Shown here in pieces: positions 43,797-54,302 of a DNA stretch of 64,000 nt; position 1 is the first letter of the stretch, and each line of letters starts with the position of its first letter. Made by a program: the position numbers and the translations under genes. Where the stretch lies: contig JAZNII010000052.1 in NCBI GenBank assembly GCA_045577415.1, positions 992-64,991 on the forward strand, in the 5' to 3' direction. The notes under the pieces are model-generated. The model made no database searches, had not been told where the DNA came from, and saw only the letters and a program-made list of their open reading frames with translations. The stretch comes from Eubacteriales bacterium (GTDB lineage Bacteria > Bacillota > Clostridia > Oscillospirales > CAG-272).

Positions 43797-45164
43797 TTAC
43801 TCCACCGAATATCCTTGCTTGCAGATCTCGTCCGTAACGATCTTGATACATCTTCGGCAGGTCTCGTCGTCCTTCGCCTCCGACATTACTCGGATCACAG
43901 GCTCAGTTCCCGACTTGCGAAGCAACATTCTTCCGTCTCCGCAAAGATCCGCCTCGGCGCGCTTCAGAGCTGCAAGCACGTTTTCGTCCTTCATAACCTT
44001 TTCTTTATCAGCCTCGCGCACTCTTACATTAACAGTCATCTGAGGATAGGTGACAACAGGCTCTGCCAGCTTTGCCAAAGTAGCCTTCTTGGCGATCATT
44101 ACCTCCATCATCTTAAGGCTGGTAAGGACTCCGTCCCCCGTAGACGCAAAGCGGCTGAAGATTATATGACCCGACTGCTCTCCGCCAATGCAGTTGTTAT
44201 GCTCGGACATATAGTCATGAACGTTCTTATCTCCAACAGCGGTCTGGGCATAGTCGATGCCGATCTCGTCAAGCGCCTTGAAAAAGCCAAGGTTGGACAT
44301 AACGGTTGCAACTACGGTATTGTTGGTAAGCTCGCCAAGCTCCTTGAGGTAACGGGAATAGATATATAGTATCTTATCGCCGTCTACTACCTGACCGTTT
44401 TCGTCAACGCAAAGGCAACGGTCTGCGTCTCCGTCGAAGGCAAAGCCCACGTCCATGCCGTTTTCAACCACATACTTGCAGAGATGCTCGATGTGTGTGC
44501 TTCCCGCGTCGCGGTTGATGTTCGTTCCGTCGGGGTCGGCGTTGATAACGTAGGTTTTTGCTCCGAGAGCGTCAAAAACAGCCTTTGCAATAGTCCAGGA
44601 CGCGCCGTTTGCGCAGTCAAGAGCGATCTTATACTTTTTGAAGGAGTACTTTCCAAGGGAGATGAGATAGCCGACGTAGCGGTTTCTTCCCGCAACGTAG
44701 TCAACGGTGCGACCTATCTTTTCCTTAAGCGCAAAGGGGATCTCACCGATCTTGCCGTCAAGATAATCCTCTACCTTCTCAATAATATCATCGTCCATCT
44801 TCTCGCCGTGAGCGTTGATGAGCTTGATACCATTATCGTAAAAGGGATTATGGCTTGCGGAGATCATAATTCCGCAGTCAAAGGAATCGACCTTGGTAAT
44901 ATACGCAACTGATGGTGTGGTGGTAACGTGCATAAGACAAGCGTCAGCGCCCGACGCGGTTATACCTGCCGCAAGCGCGTACTCAAACATATAGGACGAG
45001 CGTCTGGTGTCTTTACCGATAAGGATCCTCGCGCCCTCGTCGTCGCCCTCGTGGTTTTGTCCGTAGTACCAACCGAGAAAGCGTCCGATCTTAAATGCGT
45101 GATCAACTGTTAAAACAACGTTAGCCTCGCCTCTGAATCCGTCTGTTCCGAAATATCTCCCCAT
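43797..45164 (-). CDS. glmM: phosphoglucosamine mutase
   Basis: GTDGFRG motif and the phosphoserine loop SASHNP. The start at 45164 has a GGAGAA RBS. Confidence 0.93.
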   Translation of the reverse strand: MGRYFGTDGFRGEANVVLTVDHAFKIGRFLGWYYGQNHEGDDEGARILIGKDTRRSSYMFEYALAAGITASGADACLMHVTTTPSVAYITKVDSFDCGIMISASHNPFYDNGIKLINAHGEKMDDDIIEKVEDYLDGKIGEIPFALKEKIGRTVDYVAGRNRYVGYLISLGKYSFKKYKIALDCANGASWTIAKAVFDALGAKTYVINADPDGTNINRDAGSTHIEHLCKYVVENGMDVGFAFDGDADRCLCVDENGQVVDGDKILYIYSRYLKELGELTNNTVVATVMSNLGFFKALDEIGIDYAQTAVGDKNVHDYMSEHNNCIGGEQSGHIIFSRFASTGDGVLTSLKMMEVMIAKKATLAKLAEPVVTYPQMTVNVRVREADKEKVMKDENVLAALKRAEADLCGDGRMLLRKSGTEPVIRVMSEAKDDETCRRCIKIVTDEICKQGYSVE

Positions 45165-45200
45165 TTTCTTTTCTCCAATCAAATTTATATAAGATTAGTG

Positions 45201-45863
45201 TCAAATGCGTTTAACTATATTTCCGCTCGACTTGAATATCGAGCCTTCAGGCACGACTCCGCGAACCGAGGACAAGGGATATACCGAGGATCCTCTGCCA
45301 ACCACCGTTCCGGGATTGAGGACAGAGCCACATCCGACCTCAACGAAGTCTCCGAGCATCGCTCCAACCTTTTTTCTGCCGGTTTCAATTTTTTCGCCGT
45401 CTTGGCTCTTTATAACAACAAGGGTTTTATCGCTCTTTACATTGCTGGTAATAGAGCCTGCACCCATGTGCGACTTGTATCCGAGGATGCTGTCGCCGAC
45501 GTAATTGTAGTGAGGCACCTGAACGTTATCGAAAAGTATGCAGTTTTTCAGCTCTGTGGAGTTTCCGACAACGCAATTCTCACCGACAAGGACGCTTCCT
45601 CGTATAAATGCTCCGGGACGAACCTCGGTATTATGACCTATAATACAAGGACCTTCAATATAATTATTAGGATATATCTTTGCACTCTTGGAGATCCAAA
45701 CATTCTCGCCTACCTTATCGTAAAGCTCGCCGTCAAGGGTATTTCCGAGGGCAATTATCATTTCCTTGATGCCCGCAAGAGCCTCCCAAGGATACGTGTA
45801 ATCTGAAAGATAATCTTTCGCAAGAGAGTGTGAAAGATCGTAGAGATCGATAATTTTTACCAT
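45201..45863 (-). CDS. hexapeptide-repeat (left-handed beta-helix) transferase, GlmU C-terminal-like
   Basis: Repeated [LIV]G-x4 hexapeptide pattern. It is adjacent to glmM. The start is 45863 or 45878. Confidence 0.65.
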   Translation of the reverse strand: MVKIIDLYDLSHSLAKDYLSDYTYPWEALAGIKEMIIALGNTLDGELYDKVGENVWISKSAKIYPNNYIEGPCIIGHNTEVRPGAFIRGSVLVGENCVVGNSTELKNCILFDNVQVPHYNYVGDSILGYKSHMGAGSITSNVKSDKTLVVIKSQDGEKIETGRKKVGAMLGDFVEVGCGSVLNPGTVVGRGSSVYPLSSVRGVVPEGSIFKSSGNIVKRI

Positions 45864-45911
45864 AAAAAATCCCTTCATCCTTAAGTTTAAGGCAAATATA
45901 ATATAAAATTT

Positions 45912-48302
45912 TTATTTCAATTCAACTACGGTAACTCCGCCGTCGCCCTCGCCAAACTGACCTATGCGGAAGCTTGATATGCGTTTGTCGCCCTTGAGGA
46001 ACTTCCAAAGGGCGGTCTTGAGCGCTCCCGTTCCCTTTCCGTGGATAAGTCTTACGGTTCTGACGTTAGCTAACGTCGCCTCGTCGAAATATTTGTCAAC
46101 CGCAAGCCAGGCTTCATCGCCTGTCATACCGCGGAGGTCTATCTCATCCTTGAAGGTAGTGGTTCTGGTCACGGAATATGAGGACGCTTTGACCTTTTTG
46201 TCGCCGCTTATGACCTTCGGTTCATTTTCCTTAAGTCGAAGATCCTTAATATTTACTCTCGTCTGCAAAATACCCGCCTGAACTCTTACGTTGCCCGATT
46301 TATCGGGATCGTCAAGCAAAGTCGCTTCGCTGCCAAGTGTCACCACCGTAACGAGATCGCCCTTTTTGAGCTTTCTCGGCAGGACGTAATTTTCGTCGAC
46401 CTTAGGCTTCTCCACGGGGTCAAATTTATCGGAATTTTCTCTCCAATGGTCTCTTACCGCCCGTCTCGCTCTGTCAAGCTCGCTACCGAGATTTTCGGAG
46501 TCCTTAGCCTTGCGCACCTTGTCCATCTGCTCCATAATGAAGTCGCTGGAAGCCTTTGCGCTCGTGACCATACTGACCGCTTTCGCTCTTGCCTTTTCAA
46601 GCTCGCGCTCGGACTCGTCAAGTCTTGACTGTATCTTTTTCTCTGCCTCCGCCTTAAATCTCTCGTAATCGGCTCGCATCTGCTCGGTCTCCTCGCGAGC
46701 TTTGTCCATTTCAAGACGGCTTCGCTCCATCTGACCGATTATATCCTCAAATTTTCTGTTATCGGTGCTGATGTAGTTTTCCGCGTTGTTTATTATCTCC
46801 TTGGGCAATCCAAGCTTTTCGGAAATCGCGAAAGCATTGGACTTACCGGGTGTGCCGATTATCAGCTTATAGGTAGGCTTCAGCGTCTCAACGTCGAACT
46901 CGCAGGACGCGTTGCAAACACCCTCGGTATCAAGGGCATAGGCTTTCAGCTCTGCATAGTGGGTAGTTGCCGCGCACATAGCGCCCTTACTTCTTACGAA
47001 ATCGATGATAGATACCGCAAGCGCCGCGCCCTCAACGGGATCTGTTCCCACACCAAGCTCATCGAAAAGAACCAAGGAGCGGTTGCCCACGCTTTCCATG
47101 AACGAAACAATATTTACCATGTGTGACGAGAAGGTAGAGAGTGACTGCTCAATGCTCTGCTCGTCGCCGATGTCAACGAGAATACTGTCACAGACCGTGA
47201 CGACGCTTCCCTCGTCGGCGGGGATATGAAGACCCGACTGCGCCATAAGGATAAACAGTCCCAGAGTTTTCAAGGTAACCGTCTTACCGCCCGTGTTGGG
47301 ACCCGTGATTATCATAGTGTCGTAGCCATCGCCAAGGCGCACGTTGATGGGAACGACCCTGTCCTTATCAATAAGGGGATGTCTTGCGCGCTTTAGCTCT
47401 ACCGTTCTCTCCCCGGTGACCGTGGGAGCGGAGGCGTTCATAGCGATAGACATCTGCGCGCAAGCAAAGGCAACCGCCAATTCGGTGATGTTTCTGTAAT
47501 TGAGCCAGATAGCGTTGGAGTTCTCCGAGACCTGAGTCGAGAGAGCCGAGAGTATCTTTTCGATCTCGTGCTGCTCCTTGGACTCAAGAACGCGCAGCTC
47601 GTTATTTGCTTCAACCACCGCCACAGGCTCGACGAATATAGTCGCCCCCGAGGAAGACGTGTCGTGGATAAGTCCCTTGACCTCATTTTTGCACTCTGCC
47701 TTTACAGGGATAACGTATCTGCCGTTTCTGGTAGTTACGATATTCTCTTGCAGATATTTTGAGTGCGAACCGCCCTGAACGTACTTTTGCAACGTCTCTT
47801 TTATCTTGTTATTGGTTATTCTTATCTGTCTGCGGATGTTTGCCAGAGTGTCCGACGCCTCGTCGGCGATCAGCTCCTCGGAAATTATGGATCGGCTTAT
47901 TCTCTCCTCAAGGGTTCGGTTTGGCATAAGACGGTCAAATACCTCGTCGAGAACGGTATCAAAAAGATGATTTCCGTGACAGTAATCCACCAGCATTCTC
48001 GCCGTGCGAAGCACGGATGCTATCGCCAAAAGCTCCCCCGGCGAGAGTATCGCGCCCTTGTCTGCTCTTTCGCAGGATTCTGACACGTCCTTGACCATAC
48101 CGAACGAGGGCATTCCCTTTGCGTCACACAATCTTTTTGCGTCTGTGGTGCGTCTCTGCTTTTTCAGAACCGACCCTATGTCGTCCGAGGGCATGAGAAG
48201 CCTTGCCGCCGTCTTTGCCCCCTCGGTGGGAGCGTAGGATGCCAGCATTTCGCAGATCTTATCAAATTCAAGTGAACGTAATGTTTTTTCGTTAAAGCTC
48301 AT
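45912..48302 (-). CDS. mutS2: endonuclease MutS2
   Basis: MutS ATPase core (GPNTGGKT) plus a C-terminal Smr domain (LRGMTGDEA..IHGKGTGALK). Confidence 0.93.
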   Translation of the reverse strand: MSFNEKTLRSLEFDKICEMLASYAPTEGAKTAARLLMPSDDIGSVLKKQRRTTDAKRLCDAKGMPSFGMVKDVSESCERADKGAILSPGELLAIASVLRTARMLVDYCHGNHLFDTVLDEVFDRLMPNRTLEERISRSIISEELIADEASDTLANIRRQIRITNNKIKETLQKYVQGGSHSKYLQENIVTTRNGRYVIPVKAECKNEVKGLIHDTSSSGATIFVEPVAVVEANNELRVLESKEQHEIEKILSALSTQVSENSNAIWLNYRNITELAVAFACAQMSIAMNASAPTVTGERTVELKRARHPLIDKDRVVPINVRLGDGYDTMIITGPNTGGKTVTLKTLGLFILMAQSGLHIPADEGSVVTVCDSILVDIGDEQSIEQSLSTFSSHMVNIVSFMESVGNRSLVLFDELGVGTDPVEGAALAVSIIDFVRSKGAMCAATTHYAELKAYALDTEGVCNASCEFDVETLKPTYKLIIGTPGKSNAFAISEKLGLPKEIINNAENYISTDNRKFEDIIGQMERSRLEMDKAREETEQMRADYERFKAEAEKKIQSRLDESERELEKARAKAVSMVTSAKASSDFIMEQMDKVRKAKDSENLGSELDRARRAVRDHWRENSDKFDPVEKPKVDENYVLPRKLKKGDLVTVVTLGSEATLLDDPDKSGNVRVQAGILQTRVNIKDLRLKENEPKVISGDKKVKASSYSVTRTTTFKDEIDLRGMTGDEAWLAVDKYFDEATLANVRTVRLIHGKGTGALKTALWKFLKGDKRISSFRIGQFGEGDGGVTVVELK

Positions 48303-48325
48303 ATCAAAGTTAATTAAAGTATAAA

Positions 48326-50206
48326 TTAAAAGTTTTTCAACCTTTCGGAAATAGACGTAGCGTCAAGTCCCGACGCCGAAAGATAACTCTCACCCTCAGC
48401 TCTTGAAACAAAGGCATCGGTGGCAGCAAGAATATCATACTTGACCATATCAAGAACACCGAGAGGACGAAGTGACTCTGCCAGCATCATGCCAAAGCCG
48501 CCCGCCTTGATCTCCTCCTCAACGAAAAGAAGATTTTCGGGTCTGACCTCTTTTAATATTTCAAAGATTTCAGTCGCAAGAGAGTCATAAGGAGCAAGAT
48601 ACTCGCAAAGCAGGATGCCAACGTCGTCCCTCTGCTCCGAAAGCATATTTTTCGCCTTTAAGCACTCTTTCACGATACGACCGTGAGTGATAATTAAAGT
48701 TTTTGGCTTTTTATCGTCGAAAAAATCAGTACGAACACCGATTTTTTCAATTTTTTCGTCCTTATAGAAGGCTTCGATCACCTCCGCCGACACGCTTCCA
48801 CTGGGATACCTGATCACAGCTGAGCAAGAGCCGTTCACTGCCTCCTTTAAGGAAAGCCTCAATCCCTCGTAGCTTACCGGCGCGTATATTTTAACTCCGG
48901 GTATCTGGGAAACAAAAGCAACGTCAAAGATTCCGTGGTGAGTTGCTCCGTCAGCGTTATTGAATCCTGCTCTGTCCACGCAGAACACAACGGGAAGTCT
49001 TTGAAGCGCTACGTCGTGTATCATCTGATCGTAGCTTCTCTGCAAGAATGACGAATAGACCGCAAACACAGGCTTATATCCGGTTGCCGACAGTCCCGCC
49101 GCAAAGGTGACGGCGTGTTCCTCGGCGATGCCTACGTCGAAAAATCTATTGGGAAATTCAGACGCGAAGCGATCAAGACCGGTTCCCGAACTCATAGCGG
49201 CGGTTATCGCGCATATTTTTTCGTCATTCTCTGCCATAGAGCAGATAGCCTTGCCGAATTCTTCCGAATAATTGGATTCGGCGCACGGCGCGTCAGAGGG
49301 GCGAAGTCCGTGATACTTATTGGGATTATCCTCCGCGGGAGCGTATCCCTTACCCTTTTGGGTCTTGAGATGGACAAGCACGCTCTCTCCCGCATTTTTC
49401 GCGGCATCAAGTAGCGCTTCAACATCCTCAAAATTATTTCCGTCGGCAGGACCAAGATAATAAAGTCCCAGATCCTCGAAATAATTGCTGCTGTATATCA
49501 GGTTCTTTACAGACTTCTTGCACCATCTTATAGCGCGGAAAAGTCCGTTACCCACAAGCGGTATCTTTTTTATAAAGGACACTGTAAATCTTTTGGCTTT
49601 AAAATAACCTCTCTTATGACGAAGCTTTGAAATATTTTTTGCGAAACGACCGATATTCCTTGATATGGACATCTCGTTTTCGTTGAGAATGATTATCAGC
49701 TTCAGATCCTTGTCGCAGTTGTTCAGCGCCTCGTGAATCATACCACCCGTAAAGGCTCCGTCACCAAGCACTACAACAGTATATGCATCCGAACCCGATA
49801 TTTTATCAGCCTTTGCAAATCCCAACGCCGCGGATAGCGATGTAGAGCTATGTCCCGCGCCGAAGCAATCGTATTCGCTCTCGTCGCGATTGGTAAATCC
49901 CGTAATTCCGCCGGGACGCCTCAAGGTATCAAAATTTTGGTATCTCCCCGTAAGAAGCTTATGGGTATAGCTTTGGTGACCTACGTCGAAAATTATATGA
50001 TCCCCAGGACAGTTAAAGACCTTATGTATAGCAACGCTCAGTTCCACCGCGCCAAGATTTGAGGCAAGATGTCCGCCGTTGTTTTCGGTGACTTCTACGA
50101 TACACTCGCGTATCTCGCCGCAAAGCGCGTTTATTTCCTCAGAGGTAAGACCCTTTACATCTTCTGGAGAGTTTACTCTACCGAGATATTTGTATTCACT
50201 TTTCAT
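48326..50206 (-). CDS. dxs: 1-deoxy-D-xylulose-5-phosphate synthase
   Basis: 626-aa transketolase-like protein with the GHSSTSLSAALG motif and a typical N-terminus. Confidence 0.93.
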   Translation of the reverse strand: MKSEYKYLGRVNSPEDVKGLTSEEINALCGEIRECIVEVTENNGGHLASNLGAVELSVAIHKVFNCPGDHIIFDVGHQSYTHKLLTGRYQNFDTLRRPGGITGFTNRDESEYDCFGAGHSSTSLSAALGFAKADKISGSDAYTVVVLGDGAFTGGMIHEALNNCDKDLKLIIILNENEMSISRNIGRFAKNISKLRHKRGYFKAKRFTVSFIKKIPLVGNGLFRAIRWCKKSVKNLIYSSNYFEDLGLYYLGPADGNNFEDVEALLDAAKNAGESVLVHLKTQKGKGYAPAEDNPNKYHGLRPSDAPCAESNYSEEFGKAICSMAENDEKICAITAAMSSGTGLDRFASEFPNRFFDVGIAEEHAVTFAAGLSATGYKPVFAVYSSFLQRSYDQMIHDVALQRLPVVFCVDRAGFNNADGATHHGIFDVAFVSQIPGVKIYAPVSYEGLRLSLKEAVNGSCSAVIRYPSGSVSAEVIEAFYKDEKIEKIGVRTDFFDDKKPKTLIITHGRIVKECLKAKNMLSEQRDDVGILLCEYLAPYDSLATEIFEILKEVRPENLLFVEEEIKAGGFGMMLAESLRPLGVLDMVKYDILAATDAFVSRAEGESYLSASGLDATSISERLKNF

Positions 50207-50328
50207 CGACAGAGACTCCTCTCTATTAATACAACATATTATAATTATACATTATATATTCTAACACTTTTCGTCTCTATTGTAAAGGGGGTTTTGCAAA
50301 AAAATCGGCTTATGCGTAGCTAAATATC

Positions 50329-50355
50329 AAAAAAAGGCGCTTTCGCGCCTTTTTT
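50329..50355. terminator. intrinsic terminator
   Basis: The minus-strand RNA reads GGCGC GAAA GCGCC followed by U7. It lies after the small lipoprotein gene. Confidence 0.7.
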
Positions 50356-50368
50356 GCTTAAATAATTA

Positions 50369-50743
50369 TTACTTCTTGTAGTACTTAGCTCCGCCAATCT
50401 CAATGTAATCGCCGTTGTTGTCGTTACCTGCATTGTACTTCTTCTCGCCATTGAGAAGTCCTCTAATAAGAGAATACTCAACATCGAGGAAGCTGTCGGG
50501 TTCGGGAAGATCAATGTCGATAGTAGGATTGCCTTCTTCATCCTCTCCCATTTCAAAGGTACCCTCAACAGTGGTCTTCTTGGAATCGCCATATGTAAGC
50601 TCGACCTTTTCACCGGAGAACTTAAGGGTAATGTCGTCATTACCGTAGGTTCCGCTGGGAGCGTTTGAGCAGGATGCGAACATAACGCACATCATAATAG
50701 CGACAAGTGAAATGGATACAATTCTAATAACAGTTTTTTTCAT
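50369..50743 (-). CDS. small lipoprotein of unknown function
   Basis: Signal peptide with lipobox (MFASC), 124 aa. Confidence 0.6.
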   Translation of the reverse strand: MKKTVIRIVSISLVAIMMCVMFASCSNAPSGTYGNDDITLKFSGEKVELTYGDSKKTTVEGTFEMGEDEEGNPTIDIDLPEPDSFLDVEYSLIRGLLNGEKKYNAGNDNNGDYIEIGGAKYYKK

Positions 50744-50870
50744 AATAATTGTTCCTTTCTTAAACTGATATTTTTTGCTGGTAAACTCTTTCGTTTACAT
50801 ACTAATTATAATCATTTTCGTGTCGTTTGTCAATAGTTTTTGTAAAAAACATATTAAAAAATGTTACGTT

Positions 50871-52460
50871 TTAACATTTATGTTGGCGATTTTTTATCTT
50901 ATTGATAACCTCAACGATCAGCGGGCCTGCAATAAATATTATGCATACGTACACCCAAGCGTTACCGATAACCGAATAAAGCGTTGTATCGCTACGCATC
51001 TCGATCGGAGCAGAAATATATCCTCTTTCAAGCGCACCAAGCTCCTCTACCACATTGCCCATAGGGTCTATTATGGACGAAATACCCGTGTTTGCGGAAC
51101 GCACAACGTATCTTCCGCTCTCAATCGCACGCAGGCGTGACTGACCGTTATGCATAGCAAGGGCGGCGCTATCGCTGAACCACGAGTCGTTCGTTGAAAC
51201 GGCGATCATTTCGGCTCCGTTATTGACCGAATCGTATATCACCTTTTCATAGATCGAATCAAAGCAGACCGCGCATCCAACGTTTCCCCACTCGCCGTCG
51301 ATGACCACGCTCTCCTCTCCTGCCGAAAGGTCTTCGGAAAGCATATTGATGTCTGCCAAAGGCGGGAATATGGCGGTTACAAATTCACGCATAGGCACGA
51401 ATTCGCCAAAGGGGACAAGTCTTTGCTTACTGTATACCGTTTCATTGACGCTACCGTCGCTTCTTATTTCCATAATGGAGTTTTTAAGCTGATCCGTTTT
51501 CTCATCACGAGTGAACACCGAGATTATTATAGTTATGTTATTCTCATTTGCCAGATCGGTGACCGCGTTATAGTACTTTTCCCTTTCTGTCAATACGATG
51601 GGCAGCGCCGTCTCGGGCCAGACGATCATCTCCGCGCCGTCTGCCGCCGCGCTTCGGGTCAGCTCCTCGTAAATTTTCAAAACCTCCTCGGTCTTGCCTC
51701 CCCATTTTTCTGTGGAGGATATATTTCCCTGCGCCGCCGCCGCGTGAACGGTCTCCTCACCCTCGCTATACGCAAGCGTGACCGAAAGACCTAACGCGAG
51801 ATTGAGACAAAACAGAGATATAGCAGCAACAAGAGCAACCTTTCGGATACCCTGCTTGATTATCGCGATTGCAAGAAAAGCGTTTACCGCAACTATTACG
51901 AAGCTGATAAAATAAGATCCGAAAAGCGATGCGCTTCTGAGAAGCAGAGTGAAATTCACTTGTCCGAGAGACAATCTGCCCCACGGAACTCCCCACCATC
52001 CTATTGTCTGCCACCACTCGGCAACCACCCATAAGGACGCCATAAGAAGCGGCAAAAGGAATGTTTTTTTTCTTAGAAAATCAGTTCTTGTCACAATAAC
52101 GAAAAGCACGAAAGTAAGGGCGCTGAACACCGATTGAAGGAAAGCGAGACCAAAGCATCCGAGGGATACGATGATCAGAGAAACGCCGTTGGACACCCCC
52201 GCGAAATCCAAGGGATACATATAGTAGAACCAATGGAATGTCACGGCATAATAGCACATAAAGAACAGCATTCCCATTCTGTACGCCCTACCGAGCCTTG
52301 CTTTTTCGCCCTCTGCAAGCCACATAAGCGCCAGCGCCATTGGGACAAGCGACACCCACTGAAGAAATCCCAAAGACGGAAAGATCAGCGGCAGAGCCGT
52401 CAAAATTCCGCTTGGTATCAAGCATAACGGAATTTTATGTTTTGAAATAAAATTTTTCAT
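50871..52460 (-). CDS. lnt: apolipoprotein N-acyltransferase homologue
   Basis: An N-terminal polytopic membrane domain is followed by a CN-hydrolase domain. Candidate E-K-C triad contexts are VWPETA, KQRLVPFGEFVP and GCAVCFDS. Confidence 0.8.
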   Translation of the reverse strand: MKNFISKHKIPLCLIPSGILTALPLIFPSLGFLQWVSLVPMALALMWLAEGEKARLGRAYRMGMLFFMCYYAVTFHWFYYMYPLDFAGVSNGVSLIIVSLGCFGLAFLQSVFSALTFVLFVIVTRTDFLRKKTFLLPLLMASLWVVAEWWQTIGWWGVPWGRLSLGQVNFTLLLRSASLFGSYFISFVIVAVNAFLAIAIIKQGIRKVALVAAISLFCLNLALGLSVTLAYSEGEETVHAAAAQGNISSTEKWGGKTEEVLKIYEELTRSAAADGAEMIVWPETALPIVLTEREKYYNAVTDLANENNITIIISVFTRDEKTDQLKNSIMEIRSDGSVNETVYSKQRLVPFGEFVPMREFVTAIFPPLADINMLSEDLSAGEESVVIDGEWGNVGCAVCFDSIYEKVIYDSVNNGAEMIAVSTNDSWFSDSAALAMHNGQSRLRAIESGRYVVRSANTGISSIIDPMGNVVEELGALERGYISAPIEMRSDTTLYSVIGNAWVYVCIIFIAGPLIVEVINKIKNRQHKC

Positions 52461-52474
52461 TCGAATTATCCTTT

Positions 52475-53476
52475 TTAGCGTTTTACACGCAGAATTTTTT
52501 CGATTTTTTCATAAGCGCCCGAGTATTCCTCGACGAACCAAATTTCGGATGGGTCAAGATTTACCTGCTTGCCCGAGAGGTAGCCGAGATAACCGTTATC
52601 CTTACCAAAATCAAAGATCAATCGGTAGGAATAGAGGGCTTGATATTTATATCCTCTCGCACGGTCATCACGGTTAACACCGTACTTACCGTCGCCAAGC
52701 AAGGGATGTCCGATATGCGCCATGTGGGCGCGTATCTGGTGAGTTCTTCCCGTCACAAGCTCGACCTCAAGCAGTGAGCTATCCCTCCGCTCTGCAATGA
52801 CCTTATATTTGGTTATTATATTCTTGTAGCCGTCTTTGGGTTTATCGGAAATGGTTACAAGATTGTCGTTGCTGTTCTTTTTGAGATAACCCGTCAGTGT
52901 GTCGGCAGACTTTTGAGGTTTGCCGTGGACGGCGCAAAGATAGAACTTTCTTATCTCGTCGTTCTTTATCTTCTCGTTCATTACGCGGAGAGCCTCGGCA
53001 TTTTTTGCCGCAATTACGATGCCACCCGTGTTTCTGTCGATACGGTTGCAAAGCGCAGGAGCAAATGACTGCTCCTCATCGGGGTCATATTCCCCTTTCT
53101 GAAAAAGATACGCCTTGATATGCATTATAAGGGTATTCTCCTTTGCGCTGTCATCCTCGTGGACGAGAACTCCGGGACGCTTGTTACACAGAATGATATT
53201 ATCATCCTCGTAAACGATGTCAAGCTTGGGTGTGATACGGGAAAGCGCCCCATCATCCTGCTCGGGCGAACCAAAAAATTCATCTCTGATAAAGAGCTGG
53301 ATCTCGTCGCCCTCAAGGAGTATCTGCTTCTGCTCACATCTCTTGCGGTTGACCTTTATTTTCTTGGTTCTTATGTACTTATACATAAGCGACGCAGGTA
53401 ACCCCTTGACCGCCTTCGTAAGAAATTTGTCAAGTCTCTGCCCCGCGTCGTTTTTGTTGATCTTTAATATTTGCAT
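52475..53476 (-). CDS. RluA-family 23S rRNA pseudouridine synthase with an S4 domain
   Basis: S4-like N-terminus (GQRLDKFLTK) and catalytic motif NRIDRNTGG. Confidence 0.85.
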   Translation of the reverse strand: MQILKINKNDAGQRLDKFLTKAVKGLPASLMYKYIRTKKIKVNRKRCEQKQILLEGDEIQLFIRDEFFGSPEQDDGALSRITPKLDIVYEDDNIILCNKRPGVLVHEDDSAKENTLIMHIKAYLFQKGEYDPDEEQSFAPALCNRIDRNTGGIVIAAKNAEALRVMNEKIKNDEIRKFYLCAVHGKPQKSADTLTGYLKKNSNDNLVTISDKPKDGYKNIITKYKVIAERRDSSLLEVELVTGRTHQIRAHMAHIGHPLLGDGKYGVNRDDRARGYKYQALYSYRLIFDFGKDNGYLGYLSGKQVNLDPSEIWFVEEYSGAYEKIEKILRVKR

Positions 53477-53484
53477 AGTTAGCC

Positions 53485-54159
<675 letters not shown>

Positions 54160-54302
54160 TTATAACTCATTATTCTCTCTTTTTCAAGTCTTTTTTGCAA
54201 ATTGAGAGAAAAAGATCGTTTTTAAGGATTACTATTGACTTTTATTTTTTGCTGTTGTATAATTTTATTATATTATCAGATTTTGAAAGCGAGTAAAATG
54301 TT

